The notes beneath the pieces are model-generated. The model saw only the letters and a list, made by a program, of their open reading frames with translations, was not told the DNA's origin and searched no databases. The position numbers were made by a program, and so were the translations under genes. This document shows positions 13,788-29,030 of a DNA stretch of 64,000 nucleotides, piece by piece. The number at the start of each line of letters is the position of its first letter. Position 1 is the stretch's first letter. This DNA comes from the human T2T-CHM13v2.0 reference genome, Homo sapiens. The stretch lies in NCBI RefSeq assembly GCF_009914755.1, contig NC_060947.1. One strand, 5' to 3'.

Positions 13788-14513
13788 CTAAGACCAAACC
13801 ATGTCTGTCTTGTTCACCACTGTACTCATGATGCCTTGCACAGTACCTCACACTTAGTAGGCTGCCAACAAATGTTAACTTGAATCAGACCCTTAAGACT
13901 CAGCTCAAACATCATCTTCTTTGGGAAGGTGTCCCTGAGCCTCTGACACTCCGATAGTTACCTCTTTCATGTGCTTCAAAGGCTTCCTGTTCATATCTGT
14001 TATAGTGCAGTGCAGTTCTTTAATGGTCTGTCTCTCCCAGTAGGCTCTGAAGTTCTAAAAGGCGGAAACTGTGTCATCTTCATCCTTCTTACTCATGACA
14101 CTCTGTATCACCTAGTGTACTCTAAGGAGCTGAAGAAATGTCTACTGGGCAGATTACTGAACCATGTTTGCGCTTGGAGGGCCCTCAGCTATGGACCACA
14201 CCTATGGCACAAACAGGAATTACGCATTGGCTAAACAGGTCATGTCTTTCTGAAGCACCCATTTTGACTCAATTTTTCAGGAGAGGAGACATTTATATAA
14301 ATTGTGTTTGTGTGTGTGTGTATGTAGTGAGTTGAATTCAAAATATACACTAAACTTTAAGTAAGTAAAACGGGAACTTCAACAAAGCAAAGTTACCATG
14401 GGGCTCCTTGAGCACCCTGTTTGGGAGCATGTATTCCCTCTTCTCTGCTGTCCTTTGGTAGCTTGCCACCTTAGGAGTAGAGAAGTCACACCTCCATGAT
14501 TAAAAAGAAAGTC

Positions 14514-14811
<298 letters not shown>

Positions 14812-16046
14812 GAAAGTTAATGACAATGACAAAGCTAGAATTAAAGCTGTTTTCAGATATCTGGTGTTCTTTTCATTCTACTGCCCAAGTTAGCTGTCTC
14901 CTTGCACCTATAGCATGGTCAAATGCATCCTAATGCACTCTCAATAAATATGTTCAGATACAAATTCCATTCAGCATATTAAATTTAGGCCGAAGGGGAG
15001 AAGGTCAAAAGGAGTCATAGTCTGGAGATATCTTCAGTAATAGGTGTATGGCATGTTTATAGATTTCATATTTAAATTTACTTTATAGGTAGCTTTCCTA
15101 GCATATGTGCTCCTATTCTATGATGGTGGTTCATTCAAATCCTACCCACCCCGTCTAATGTTCTCAGTGTGTACCTTTACTTTTAAAGGGCATCATTTAA
15201 AGAGGATGGAAGAAATACAGTGTGGGTACTATATTTTGTCCTGAGGACAAAATGCTAGGTATGACGCAAGGACTTAAGACTATCGTCCCAACAGTGCCCT
15301 GCTGCTGCACAAAAACACCTAGCATTTGTCTAGGGATTTTCATTTACAACAAAGCTTTGACACACATGATCTTATTCACTCCCCACAACAACTCTAAACT
15401 AGTTCGGGAACCTGAAAATAGCACTCAATTCAATTGCTAGCTGTATGTAAGTGTTTTGGTTATAGAACCTAACAATCCCCTAGGGATTAAGCGGTGGGCG
15501 CCTGCTGCTTCAACAACCCTGCAGCAAGGGAATAAAGGAACAACTGTATTTCTTCGGTCACAACGTAATCACGACAACAGAAAGCACTCACTCTTTCCAC
15601 TCTGACCCACACACAGTCTGTCGAGGCAATTAATCAGCACTCCCGGTGGTTTTCCTATAGGATGCCAGTTCCCTTGCCAATCAAGTCTTTCCACAGACTG
15701 TAGCAGGACCACACCCCCGGAGAGGCCTCAGGGAGGGAAGGTGCTGTGGCCCACAGAAGTGAAAGCTGATACTCAGGTTGACCCGCCAGTGAAACTTACA
15801 GGCGGATCTTCCCGGGCCTCAGTTTCCCCATCTCTAAAATGGGCTACCCTTCCTTTCTCTTGACTAGTTCCCTCCCTGTTCTCGCTGGGCCACTAGGAAG
15901 TGAAATCAGTGCCTAACCGCAGCTGAAAGTGCTCTGTTAGGCTCCAGTCACCGCGCCGGGCATGCTCAGTAGCTGGGGCCGGCTCGGCTGCGGGAGTAGG
16001 AAGCAGCTTTGCGCGCCCGGGCGGCCGATGCGGGCACTTTGAAGAA

Positions 16047-16053
16047 TCACGTG
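16047..16053. promoter_or_regulatory. E-box TCACGTG (USF/MYC/TFE class) candidate
   Basis: CACGTG at 16048-16053 in the promoter. Binding is inference. Confidence 0.45.
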
Positions 16054-16106
16054 TGTTGAGGCCCTCTTAAAGAGATAGGCACCTACTTTTCCCTCCACCC
16101 TAAACA

Positions 16107-16121
16107 CCGCCCTGAGGGCGG
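16107..16121. promoter_or_regulatory. Palindrome CCGCCCTGAGGGCGG, TFAP2-type site candidate
   Basis: Perfect 7+1+7 palindrome containing GCCCTGAGGGC. Confidence 0.4.
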
Positions 16122-16378
16122 CGGCGACCGTGGTAATTGCAACTGCTCAGGGGCAGGGCTTGCCCCAGCGCCGAGTAGTGGCAACGGCGTGGTTGCGTCG
16201 GGGGTGCCTGGGAGCCTGGAGTCCCGGGGGCCTGAAATCGGCAGCTTCCCGGGCAGACACTCTCTCCCTCAGGAAGAGGTGCCGCCGAGTCAGCGCGGGG
16301 CAGTGTGAGCGCCCCGAGGTGCTTTCTCAGTTGAGGAGAGGTGGGGTTACAGGGCACAGGTGACAGGGCCGGAGAAAG

Positions 16379-16510
16379 ATGGAGCAGCCCGGGGCGGCGG
16401 CGTCGGGAGCGGGAGGCGGCAGCGAGGAACCCGGTGGGGGCCGGAGCAACAAGCGGAGCGCGGGGAACCGGGCCGCCAATGAAGAGGAAACGAAAAACAA
16501 ACCCAAATTG
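16379..16510 (+). CDS. DIAPH2: First coding exon of diaphanous-related formin 2 (44 codons; the rest of the gene lies beyond the window)
   Basis: ATG in strong Kozak context (aaagATGg) inside a CpG island. Peptide MEQPGAAASGAGGGSEEPGGGRSNKRSAGNRAANEEETKNKPKL recognised as the DIAPH2 N-terminus. Ends at a consensus donor TTG|GTGAGT after exactly 132 nt. Confidence 0.95.
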
Positions 16511-17855
16511 GTGAGTGCTCCCGCAGCCCCCGCCGGCCTTAGGGACAGGGAGAGCCCCGGGATCCTCCTGCCATTGAACACGGGGGCACCCGGGGCCCCC
16601 TCCCAAGGATGACCGCGACCTCGCTGTGCAACTCGGGGAGCCGCTAAAGGAGTGGCCACGCCGAGGCGCGGAGACGGCGTGGGGGCGGAAGAGCACCCCC
16701 TTCTCTACTTAACCCCTTTCTCACTCTTGTCAGCCCGGGAGGCGGTGCGGGAAGGAGAAAGGCCCAGCCCCAACTTGGGGACACCCCGAGTACTGGGTAG
16801 GGCTGTTGTTTGTCTAACTTGTGGGCGCAAACCTTTGCGCGATTCCATTCTCCTCCCACTTCTTGTTAGTTGCTGTTTTGCCTCCTAACGCGTAGGGTCC
16901 GGGGCAGGGGAACCTCCCTCCTTTTTATTCCAAGTCCTTGGGAGCCCACCTACAGCTTCGCAAATCAAGAAGAACACTATTTATGCTCCCAGTCTTTCTA
17001 CTTTACCAGAAATCTCAGGAAGAGGCGCCTACGTGCCTTTTTCCTCCTCCTTGCCTCTCTCCATGTGCTCTCCCAAGAAATGTTTCTTTGGAAGGGTGGG
17101 GGCGCGTGGGAGTTTGAGGCTGGGTGAGGTACCACCAACTGTCGAGTGTGTGTAATAGGCATAGTCATACAGTACTTCCACTTAGTTGATTAAGAACGCT
17201 CAAAAGCAGTAGGCACAAACTGTGCAAATCTCACCGTGCTGATAGTGTGAACCGATGGTAGCAGTCCATTTCCTGCCACTGAATGTGCAGAGGAATGAAA
17301 TCGATGAGGCCTGGTATTGCATTGGGAAATACTGGAGTTTCCTCAGCTCATCAGAAGGGTTCCGCTTTTTGTAAACTTTCTAATTTGGGTGGTGTGAGGC
17401 GAAAGGGTTTTCCTGTACAAATTCAGCAGATACTCCTTAGAGCTGTATTCTTAGTCCAGATCCGAAGCACAAGCCACATGTTGAATGTATAGATTTCAGC
17501 TTTAACTACCAACTTGATTATAATAGACAAGGAGAGGGTGACATATAAATAAAGCCGTTTCTTATGGCATCTGGCCATTTGGTTTGGATCCAGTACAAAA
17601 CTGTGGTTTAATCAGTGATTAAAAATTTAAGTAAAAAGTTAACTGATAGTTTCCACAAATGGTTTGGTACGTCTAGCAAGAATCTGCCACTTTTAAGAAG
17701 TATGCTTTCGAGAAAAAAAAAAACACTTATCTCTGTTAGTAGTAACACCTTGATTATATTCTTCTCTTCCCTTTAGCCATTTGTCCTGATTCATCTTTTA
17801 TGTTTTACTTGCTTTGACAAGGTAACTAGATAGTTATGAGATCGTATCATTTTCA

Positions 17856-17905
17856 GTTCCTAGCTAACTTCACTGTTCCGGTTCCTAGCTAACTTCACTG
17901 TTCCG
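17856..17905. repeat. Perfect 25-bp tandem duplication
   Basis: GTTCCTAGCTAACTTCACTGTTCCG x2. Confidence 0.97.
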
Positions 17906-18327
17906 TGTTGAACATAGCTTGATACGGTAGAACAAGATTTGAATCCAAGAGTTTGTTAATATTAACATGAATTTTCTTTTTTTGCTCAAACATAACTTTT
18001 GAGCCTTACGTGATTTTACAAGCAGATGTGTCAGAGTTAACAAAAACAAATTTAGGAAGACATTGTGGCACATTTTAAGGCAAGCAAGTTGACCAAACAG
18101 TAAGATTTAGTAAGCTTTTCAGGAAAGAATTCATCTGGGATTCTTAGAAGTTTGCTAGTAAGATACAACTTTACTTAGATGAAATTTTTTTATTTTGAGT
18201 ATTATGTTAATAATCTCTGAACTAGTCCTTAATTTGTGTGTGTATATGAGTGTAAAGGAGTTGTGGTATGGGATTATAAAAGAGAGCCATATGGTGATAG
18301 AAATTATTTGTGTAGGTGATCTTGGGG

Positions 18328-18461
18328 CATAGGGGTTCTTAAACTCCTGAAATTGTATGAAAATATTTGAGTGTATATGGGTACATTTATTTTTCTGGGC
18401 CCCATGGCTTTCATCAGTTTTTCAAAGGCATCCATTACCTATAGAAGAGTAAGAACTATGG
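18328..18461. mobile_element. hAT-Charlie-type MITE relic (subfamily uncertain)
   Basis: GGGGTTCTTAA...CCTGAAATTGTATG...GCTTTCATCAG...TAAGAACTATG. Confidence 0.5.
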
Positions 18462-18716
18462 CATTACAAAAGATAGAAAGTAAAGGAAAGAATAGTTGAT
18501 TCCACTCTAAGTTACTGAGTAGGGAAGAAGGGGAAATGGCATTGACCACACAGGTGATTGATATTGAAACGAATTCTTCTAGTGGTAAAAAAGAAGTTAA
18601 CTACTCAATGTCTACATAGATTAAAATTTCCGCTACAGAGGAAAATTAATTCAGTCGCTCCAGTATAATGGATTCATAAGGTATAAGGCTTGTGTAGTTT
18701 GGTTGTTTTCATTTAG

Positions 18717-18974
<258 letters not shown>

Positions 18975-19489
18975 GAAAGCAGATTTTCTATAGAGAGGAA
19001 CTGCTTTCATTTATATCCTCAACTTTTTAATGAGTATTAGTGAGAAATTTTTCAGAGTGGCATTTCAACACTATAATGATTTCTATTTAAGATTACTTAA
19101 ATAAAAATTTAATGGAATTCACTTCAGTTTTTTTCATATAAGCATCCTCATAATGACCCTTTTGTTTTGATTCTTTTAAAATAAGGCATTCCTGTCTTGG
19201 ACTCATCACATTTTGAATAATGCATTAGTAGTAGAGTTTTGGATTTTATGTAACTATTTTGGTTAGGCCCAGATTGCAACATGTCATCAAACAGCATGAA
19301 TCTTAGATTAATTTGTAATTTGATGTCAACCATGGAATGCATTTTGTTAAATTGAGTAGAAGAGAAAGCTCTATAAATGTTGTGAAGGAACTACATCTTG
19401 AATCCTACTTATTTAAGGCAGTGACTTAACCATTAAGAGAGGCCAATGTTGATGCAGAACACCGCACCCCACACCACACGGTAGTGTAG

Positions 19490-19957
<468 letters not shown>

Positions 19958-19992
19958 TGATTTTTAATGATAAGGTATGAGCAACAATGATT

Positions 19993-20760
19993 TCATTTAT
20001 GCAATACAGGTTTACTGAGTACCTACTGTGTGCTAGGCATAATTCTAAGGGTTGGTGATACAAAGATACTTGTAGTCTACTGAGACAGACAGGGAAGTTA
20101 ATTAATGCTTAAAATGCAATGTGAGCCAGACGTGGTAGCTTGTGCCTATAATCCCAGCTACACAGGCTGCTAAGGCAGGAGGATTTCTTGAGCTCAGGAG
20201 TTTGAAGCTGCAGTGAGCTGTGACTATACCACTGTATTACAGCCTTGGCGACAGAGAACCCATCTCTTTAAGGAAAAAAAAAAAAGCAGTGTGATAAGTT
20301 GCTATAGGAATATGCATGGTTGGGGGTGGTCATGGAGAGGCATCTACGTAGAATTGCATGCTTGAGTAAGAAAAGGCTTATCGCAGTAGGTGACATTTGC
20401 AGCTGAAGGCTGAAGAAAATAGGTGAGGGAAAGGCATTCTAGGTTGAAAAAACAACATATACAAAGGTAAACAGATAAGGGAGCATATCCAATAAAGAAA
20501 GTTCACTTAGATGAATATGGCTGAAACAAAGGGTACACATGGTAGACTTGCTAGAAAAGAGACGGGGTCCGGATCATGATGGATCTTGTATGCCATGTTA
20601 GAGTTTCAACTTCTTTCTGAAAGTAGGGGTAACCCATTAAAGAGATTAAGGCGGAGAATGACCTGATCAGATTTGGGTTTCAGAAAAAAAAGTACTTTGG
20701 AGAATTTCTTGGAAAAGCATGCTAGAATGGAGGCAGGAAGACCATTTAGAAGGAGCAGAG
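19993..20760 (-). mobile_element. L2 fragment (host of the monomer at 20124)
   Basis: TTTACTGAGTACCTACTGTGTGCTAGGCA...GAATGACCTGATCAGATTTG. Confidence 0.7.
20124..20285 (+). mobile_element. FRAM / free right Alu monomer
   Basis: Single right-type monomer with poly(A); degenerate TSD GCA(A/G)TGTGA. Confidence 0.85.
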
Positions 20761-21549
20761 TAGCATAAAAGAGTTTTTGATATTTGGAGACCTGGATTCC
20801 AGTTGCAGCTTATCCATTCATTCATTTACCAGCTCATCCATTTACTAGGTGTTTTTCTCTGCACCTCAGTTTCCTTCTGCCACCTCCCTTGCCTCTCCTT
20901 AGTACCACACACCCTGAACATCCCCACCAAATCTGAAATGGCCACCCCTTTCTCTTTTATAACTTTCACCCCCTTTCACAGCCCAGCTCATGTCTCAATA
21001 TTCTCTCACTCTTCCATTAAACACCGATTACTTCAGTTTAGTGAGGGCTTTCCTTCTTCTGGACTCAATAACTGTCATGAGTCTGAATGTTACATGCTGA
21101 TCTTGTCTCTGCAAATATTTTAAACTGCCTCTGGGAATGGGTCCCATTTTATGTCTATTCTTGAAAACCTGGCAGGCCGGTGCTTGGGTGCAAAACTATT
21201 CAGTAAATAATTATTAGCTGGGGATTTTTTTCCCCTATATACCAGGTATTTTGAGAGTGTAAATTGGTGAAAAGAGGCTTTTTAAAAAAATGTTTATTTG
21301 TATGTGCCTTTTTTTTTTTTAAAGTATATGTACTCCATCAATTGAACCTATCCATACATTCCTCTTTGTCTTTTCTCCAATTTTGAAACTCAGTAAACTT
21401 CTTCAGGGCTGTGAGAACTCTTCTACCCCCAGCTTGTTTGAATTCTTGTGATGTCAGAGCCTAAACTTCCAAGCATGGAAACAGTACCAACAACGATGAG
21501 CCAAGTAACATTTTACTCTTATTAGCAGGAGACTTCATATTATTGGCAA

Positions 21550-21785
21550 AAGAATATGGAACGGAGAGCCAAAAGACCTGGGTTCCAGTGTCCCATCTGT
21601 CTTTTATTTGCTTGTGATTTCTGATGAGCCATTTAGCACCAGAAGTTTGAGCTCTTTGATTAATGTTTGCCAGTTGGGGATAATGCTGCCTGCCTGATTT
21701 GCTTCACAAGGTGTTTTAGATAAAATACAGTAAGGAATGAGAAAGCATTAGGAAATTCTATATTGTTATACAAATATAGAGCATT
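21550..21785. mobile_element. MIR
   Basis: AGACCTGGGTTCCAGT...GGGGATAATGCTGCCTGCC...GAAAGCATT. Confidence 0.65.
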
Positions 21786-23429
21786 TTTATTAACCCCTTA
21801 TATTACTTGAATCAAATATGATTATGGTTGGATGGTTTAATGTCTTTCTTGCATTTTGACAGCACTAATGTTATTATTGTATAAAGTACCATAATATGGT
21901 TATATGTTGAAAGATTCCTTATTGTCTCCCCAATACCATTTGTCCCTTTGGAGGAATATGCATTCTATCCTTTTACTAAGATTTCATTCTGTTGAATGAA
22001 TATAAGATGTGAGTCTAATTTTTTTCCATGATAATTTTTTGGAGGACTAGTCTACCCTTTTCTTTCATTGTGTCAATTTGAGGCATTAAAATTTTTTTAA
22101 ACAAAACTTCCATTTGATATCTGTGACATTATGCCTTGTCAGGCAGCTTACTGCCTTTGTACAAATAAAGAAACTGAGTCACTGAAATGTTAAGAGGACT
22201 GCTTTAGAGATAAGTTTAAAAGCTACCTCCTCTATTGTAGAAATTATCCGTAGCACTGAGTCATTGTGCTTCAGGGACTCTGAAGGTGAAAAAGTTATTC
22301 AATTTTTCTTCTTTTGTTCCTTTTTGGAACAATTCTAATTGTAATCCACCTAGATATTATTAAGCTCTGGCAGTAGCAACATGTTACTGAAGTGAAATCA
22401 TGTTCTTTTCCAACCTGCTTTCAAAGAACACTGTAAATAACAGCATACATAATATATGCTAATTTATATAAATCAGCACATCTGGTTAAATGTTACTGGG
22501 TACCACTAGCACTACAGGGGTTATTGTTGAAGACCCAACTCCAGTCTACCATGCAGAAGAAACCGGTTCCTTCTGCTGGATTTGGGGTGTTTGATACATT
22601 TTTTTCCCCTCAAGACAGGAGAAACTATGATGATGTCCAGGTAACTTAAAATATAGTTATTAGCTTGATATCCAAGTGGGCATGTTGTGGAAGACACCCA
22701 TTGTGGGATACAGCTCAAAACTGATGCATTTAAAGAAAGATTAAGATATATTTTCACATAGCTATTTATTGTGAATGTCAGTAATGGAGAGAAATTAACT
22801 CATACTGATTTAAAACTTATTTTCCTCATCAGGTTGAGTCTGTTTCCAAATAATATACTCTGGCTGTAGCTTAAACAGACAACTGAATTCTGGTATTTAA
22901 CTGACTTTGTGTGAGGTTACCTGGCAGGGAAAGGTATTGGTCCCTTTCTCATGAAAGAATGTAGAAAACAAAATTCTTACTTATCACCATTTGCACAGTC
23001 TTTGGTTTACTGAAGATTTTACTGTATTGCTTTAAGGAGAGTAAGCTACATTGCTACAAATACATACCAGCATATTGGCCACCAGCTGTATACAGTGTGG
23101 CCTATGAATGAGTGAGAAGCTTCTAGGTAGCTATTAAGGCAGGCCTAGGTAGGAATCCAACACTTTATTAGGAAGGAATTATTCCGAAATGGCTGTTGAC
23201 TCAATCACCTGGCAGTTCTGGCACTCACCCAAGGGAGAAGAGATTTTGGGTACAATCCTTTTTAAAAAATCTATTTGTTGTTCTGTGATATCATAGACAT
23301 CCAGGCTTTAAAAAGAAAGATCTGCTCAAAATTAAGAGGAATTTTAACCTACCCTTAATTCGTTGGTCTGTTATTAAGCTAAAAGTAAAAGAAATAAACT
23401 TTTAAACTTCATAATATGAGCCAGTTAAT

Positions 23430-23720
23430 GAGACTTTTTTACAAAACTTAAACAAATTTTCAAACGTGCTAAAAAGTAGAATAGTACAATGAACCACCAC
23501 CATCTATCCATTGCCCAGATATAAGTTATCTACATTTTGCAACATTTGCTTGATCCATCCTTTATTTTTCCCTTGCTAAAGTATTTTAGTGCAAATCTCA
23601 GATATCTTGTCATTTTACTCCTACATACTGTCACGTCTTTAAAAATTAAAATTAACATATTCCTTGGTATCATCCAGCATTCATTCCATAATCAAATATT
23701 ACCAATTGCCTAAAAAAATT
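23430..23720 (-). mobile_element. Old L1ME-type fragment
   Basis: AAATTTTCAAAC...AAAAGTAGAATAGTACAATGAAC...GCAAATCTCAGATATC. Confidence 0.55.
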
Positions 23721-25065
23721 AGATTTTTGATCTAAGGTGTACCTAATTGATATACATGTCACTGAACTCCTTAAACAAATACAGCTTTAAATTACTGGTA
23801 AAATCTTATTCAGAGTTACTCCACATAAAGTGCTATCATAAAGCCTCAGCCCAAATTAAGTTCACTTCTGTCTTTAATTCTGTAGAAGTATCTGGAAAGG
23901 TTGACTATACAAGGGTGGATAGACTCCTTGGAACAGCTGTTATGTACCATCAAAAATAGAACAAATTAGTTTTGGCTTTACTCACTGGTTGGGCAATCAC
24001 TAATTCTTCATTTTGCAATTTGTGAAGTGGGGTGGGGCTTATGTGTAAGAATTTTCCTTTCAGGGAAATGCTGTAGATAGTTAGGCAAAGGAAAATTATT
24101 CTTCATTTCTCTAGATAAAGCGTTCATATGACTCTTTGACATTCACACCCCACCACAACAACTAAGTTTATGTTACTGGCTCTAGTTTTATTTCAAAACA
24201 AATGCCGGTTTGGTCTATCTTTGTTTTTCAGCCCCTTTGATATAGTCTAGGTTGCTGAATCTGGATAATTGGGTGAGTAAACCTTTACATAGAAGTTATT
24301 CTTATTGAGATGTTTGTGGGCTTACAATTGAAAATCAGACTACACTAATGAGGTGATGGAGCTGGGGATGGGTGGAGTAGGTAAATATGAGAAATCAACT
24401 TGGGCAAATGGCCTAGACTCCACACAGATTTGCTAAAGAAATTGTGTAACTATTACTTTCCAGACAGCAGTTTAGTGCTGTTATTGTGCTGAGAGGCAAT
24501 AGGCAAATAATTTCACTAGCTGTAGACTCAAGTAGATTTAGGCTAGTAATCTGTCTCCACTCTGCAACTTCTAGACTGACCATTTACTAACCCAGTCAGT
24601 TGGGTAGTTTTCCTCAAAACAGATAGATGAGTGATAATTGTTGGAGCCAGAGAGCTGGCATTTTCTTCTTTTGTTTGGCCCGGGAGGGAAAACTATGGAG
24701 GTGGTGTTTTATGTGCTCTGAAATCAATCACTGATAAAGTCTTAAATGCTTAGTAGTCTATTGTGCTGGCTGAAACTGTTTACAAAGATTCTATATGTAG
24801 ATAGGAAGACCTTGTATAGGCTGTACACTTGCATTGTGAGCTTTAATAATGTATACGTATAACAGAGACCAGGTCGGTATGTATGGGTGGGCCCTGACCA
24901 AGGGTGTGAGACCACAGAGGTCACACCACTTACCAAATCATGTGCCAGTTACAAGACTATGTCTTCCTGGGGCTGCGTTTTCTGATTCACACAGAGGCAC
25001 CATATGGGCTAGCTAATACATTTAAAGCCAGATGGATTTTAGTCTCATACCTGATAAGAAATTCA

Positions 25066-25368
<303 letters not shown>

Positions 25369-25616
25369 TTATTTGTCATTGGTTCTGAGAAAAGAATGTA
25401 AGATGTATATTTATGTAATATCCTACACCTGATTACTTTTGCTTTTGAATTATTGAAATCTTCAAATGTAGATGGCTGTGCCCTTGAGGGCCTAGGTTAT
25501 AGTTCAGTATGTTCATTATCTTCCCCAACTTAAGGGTTGAGTTCTGTTATAGCTAATTGTAGATCAATTAGCTTAAGGCTCCTCCCTTTCTGCACTCCTT
25601 TCAGCAATTTTCTTGA

Positions 25617-26096
<480 letters not shown>

Positions 26097-26267
26097 TAGT
26101 ACCTCACATTACAAAATCAACGTTTTTCAGAAGAGTCAGTGTGTACATAAAATATTTGTGAGTGAAAATAAACTTCTTAGGGTGCCCTCAGCTTGTTTTT
26201 CATTGACATTGCATTAGTTTACATTATCTACCTCCCCACCCCCACTTTGGTTGACTAGCTAATGGTC

Positions 26268-26570
26268 TTTTTTTTTTTTTTTTTTGAGACAGAGTCTCGC
26301 TCTGTCGCCCGGGCTGAAGCACAGTGGCATGATTTCGGCTCACTGCAACCTCCACTTCTTGGGTTCAAAAGATTCTCCTGCCTCAGCCTCCTGAGTAGCT
26401 GGTATCACAGGTGTACATCACCCCACCCGGCTAATTTTTTGTGTGTTTTTAGTAGAGACAGGGTTTTGCCATTTTGGCCAGGCTGGTCCTGAACTCCTGG
26501 CCTCAAGTGATATGCCTGCCTCGGCCTCCCAAAGTGCTGGAGTTACAGGTATGAGCCACAACGCCTGGCG
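26268..26570 (-). mobile_element. AluS
   Basis: Full dimer; TSD GCTAATGGTCTTT. Confidence 0.95.
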
Positions 26571-27419
26571 CTAATGGTCTTTAAACAAGCTGTTACAGGG
26601 AAGAATAAGTTTATGATTCAAAAATGGCCTGGATTTTATCCATGCTGGCAGTTTAGATTTTCACGTGTTTGTTTTACGAAAGTAGGGCTTCCCTGTATTC
26701 TCTTATCTCAAATTCTTAGGCTTCTTCATTACAGCCTATACTTGCTTCATCAAACTGCATTCAGATGGTCTTGTAAGTTCCCATGAGAGCAAAATCCTAC
26801 ATTTTAATATAAGCTGAGTTGGTCTGGGACAAAATACTAGATTTTAAATGGCCATTATCTCTGTATAAAATGGAGCTGAGGTATTAGTTGCACTTTACAG
26901 TAGGAACTGTGTAGGGCTCTGGGCCCAATTTTTCACATTCTTCCTATGGGTTCTGTTATAGCTAATTGTAGATCAAGATATGTTACAAATCCCTACTTTC
27001 AACCTCCTCTCTCCTCCTTAAATAATGTTACTACTTGCATGTTTATAACTCTGAAGGGCATCTTATTTCTTGTTGTTTTTACTGATTTCTGTGACTATTA
27101 TCAATGGTGTATCCTATTGTCTGACCACGGAGATAACAGGCAGAAGGATGGCCATTGGATGTTAAATCGATTACTGAACATGACAGAGATTTATTTTAAA
27201 GCATTTCCTATCCTCACTCATCACCACGTAGTTATGAACTAGTCAAAACTTCATTTTGATCTTAGCACCACCACTTCATGTTTTTCAAGATGCCTACATT
27301 GTATTTTATGGAATCTAAATGTATTTAATATGCTATACAGAGTTGAAATAAGCTAAATAGGATATTTGATCCTATTAAGTGTTTTTTAGGAGTTTGTTTC
27401 TGGTTATTTAAAAAGGTTG

Positions 27420-27592
<173 letters not shown>

Positions 27593-28121
27593 AGATCCTG
27601 TAGAGATAAGCCGACTACTTTTTAAAAATGTGACTCTGGACAAGTCTTTTATTTTTCTTCTCTCTGGGTGTCAGTGTATTCTGTAAAATAAGGGAATCGA
27701 AATAGATGATCTACAAAGTTCCATTTAGCTCTGGCATACTGGGAGTCAAAGTTTATTGAAAGCTGTAATACATCTACCCTAACATAAATACAAGACCTCT
27801 GGATTCCAGTTAGACAAAAAGTTGGAATTAGGCTGAATGCTAAAGAGTGAATATCCCAGTTAACTTTATTGTCCTGTTTCTGGAGTCTAGGTTAGCCTAG
27901 TCTAGTGAAGGCCACATCAACGTTTCTTTTTAACTATGAATTGTACGGAAGGTAATGGTCTGAGCCCTAGGGAATGCTGGCTTCCTCTGCGTCATCCTGA
28001 TTCTTGGGAGGATGCTTTGGTTCAGTGACCAAGTACAGTATGCAAGCCTTCCCAGAGATGATTCTCAATAGTACACAATATCATAGGTACCAGTTTTTGT
28101 TCTAAGTGCTTTGCGTGTATT

Positions 28122-28562
28122 TGTTAAGAACTGTGCAAGGTCTGGGATTTTCCCTTACTTACCTACCTGTTAACTGTTTAATGGATGATTGCAGAAGACC
28201 CAAAGGACAAAAGACAGTTTATTATTCATTGCAAAAGCAGTAGCCAGAATGTCAGCATGACATGCTGGTTCACTATGACCATAAGTCCCATCGTGGGTAG
28301 ACCAGCATGATGGCCACAAACGGAGTCAGTGACATTGCAGGAGAGGAACTCTGAGCTTGGGGGTTTGCTACTTTTATAGCATTAAGAAGTCAGCTTGATC
28401 TTTGGGGTGGGGAGATATCACCTCATCCTCAAGGTTGTTTGCTACAAACACAGCCATGGGAAATGGCCCCAGTAAAATGCTGTCAGTGCCTTTTAGTCTT
28501 GGCATAGCCAGCAAGAATGGGCAGGGGATGCTCAGGGATTCATGGCAGATTGCCTCCTTCAT
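28122..28562 (-). mobile_element. Ancient ERVL-type LTR, same family as 1083-1405, within a MIR
   Basis: Shares AGGTCTG.GATTTT and GCAGTAGCCAGAATGTCAGCAT with the first copy. Confidence 0.55.
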
Positions 28563-28664
28563 CAGTTTTAACTAATTTCATCCTCACAGCAATCATTTTG
28601 TAGGTGAAGAAAACGTCTCCAAGCAGATGAGTAACTGGCCCGAGGACATGCAAAGGTGAATTTA

Positions 28665-29030
<366 letters not shown>

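Larger units (their letters stand above)
15940..16900. promoter_or_regulatory. CpG island / promoter and 5' UTR of DIAPH2
   Basis: Abrupt GC- and CpG-rich block in an AT-rich, CpG-depleted background, spanning the first coding exon. Boundaries approximate. Confidence 0.9.

Noticed and set aside
16511-16612. C-terminal part of the 77-aa ORF
   Set aside because: Read-through past the consensus splice donor into intron 1.
16100-16696. 198-aa and 110-aa antisense ORFs over exon 1
   Set aside because: Non-ATG starts and low-information Pro/Gly/Arg/Ala composition; long stop-free frames are expected in GC-rich islands.
17069-17092. Similarity of CCAAGAAATGTTTCTTTGG to 39231-39250
   Set aside because: Short, needs an indel, 22 kb apart and without flanking homology.
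17094-17124. G-quadruplex-like G-runs downstream of exon 1
   Set aside because: One long loop; common at CpG-island edges; no specific support.
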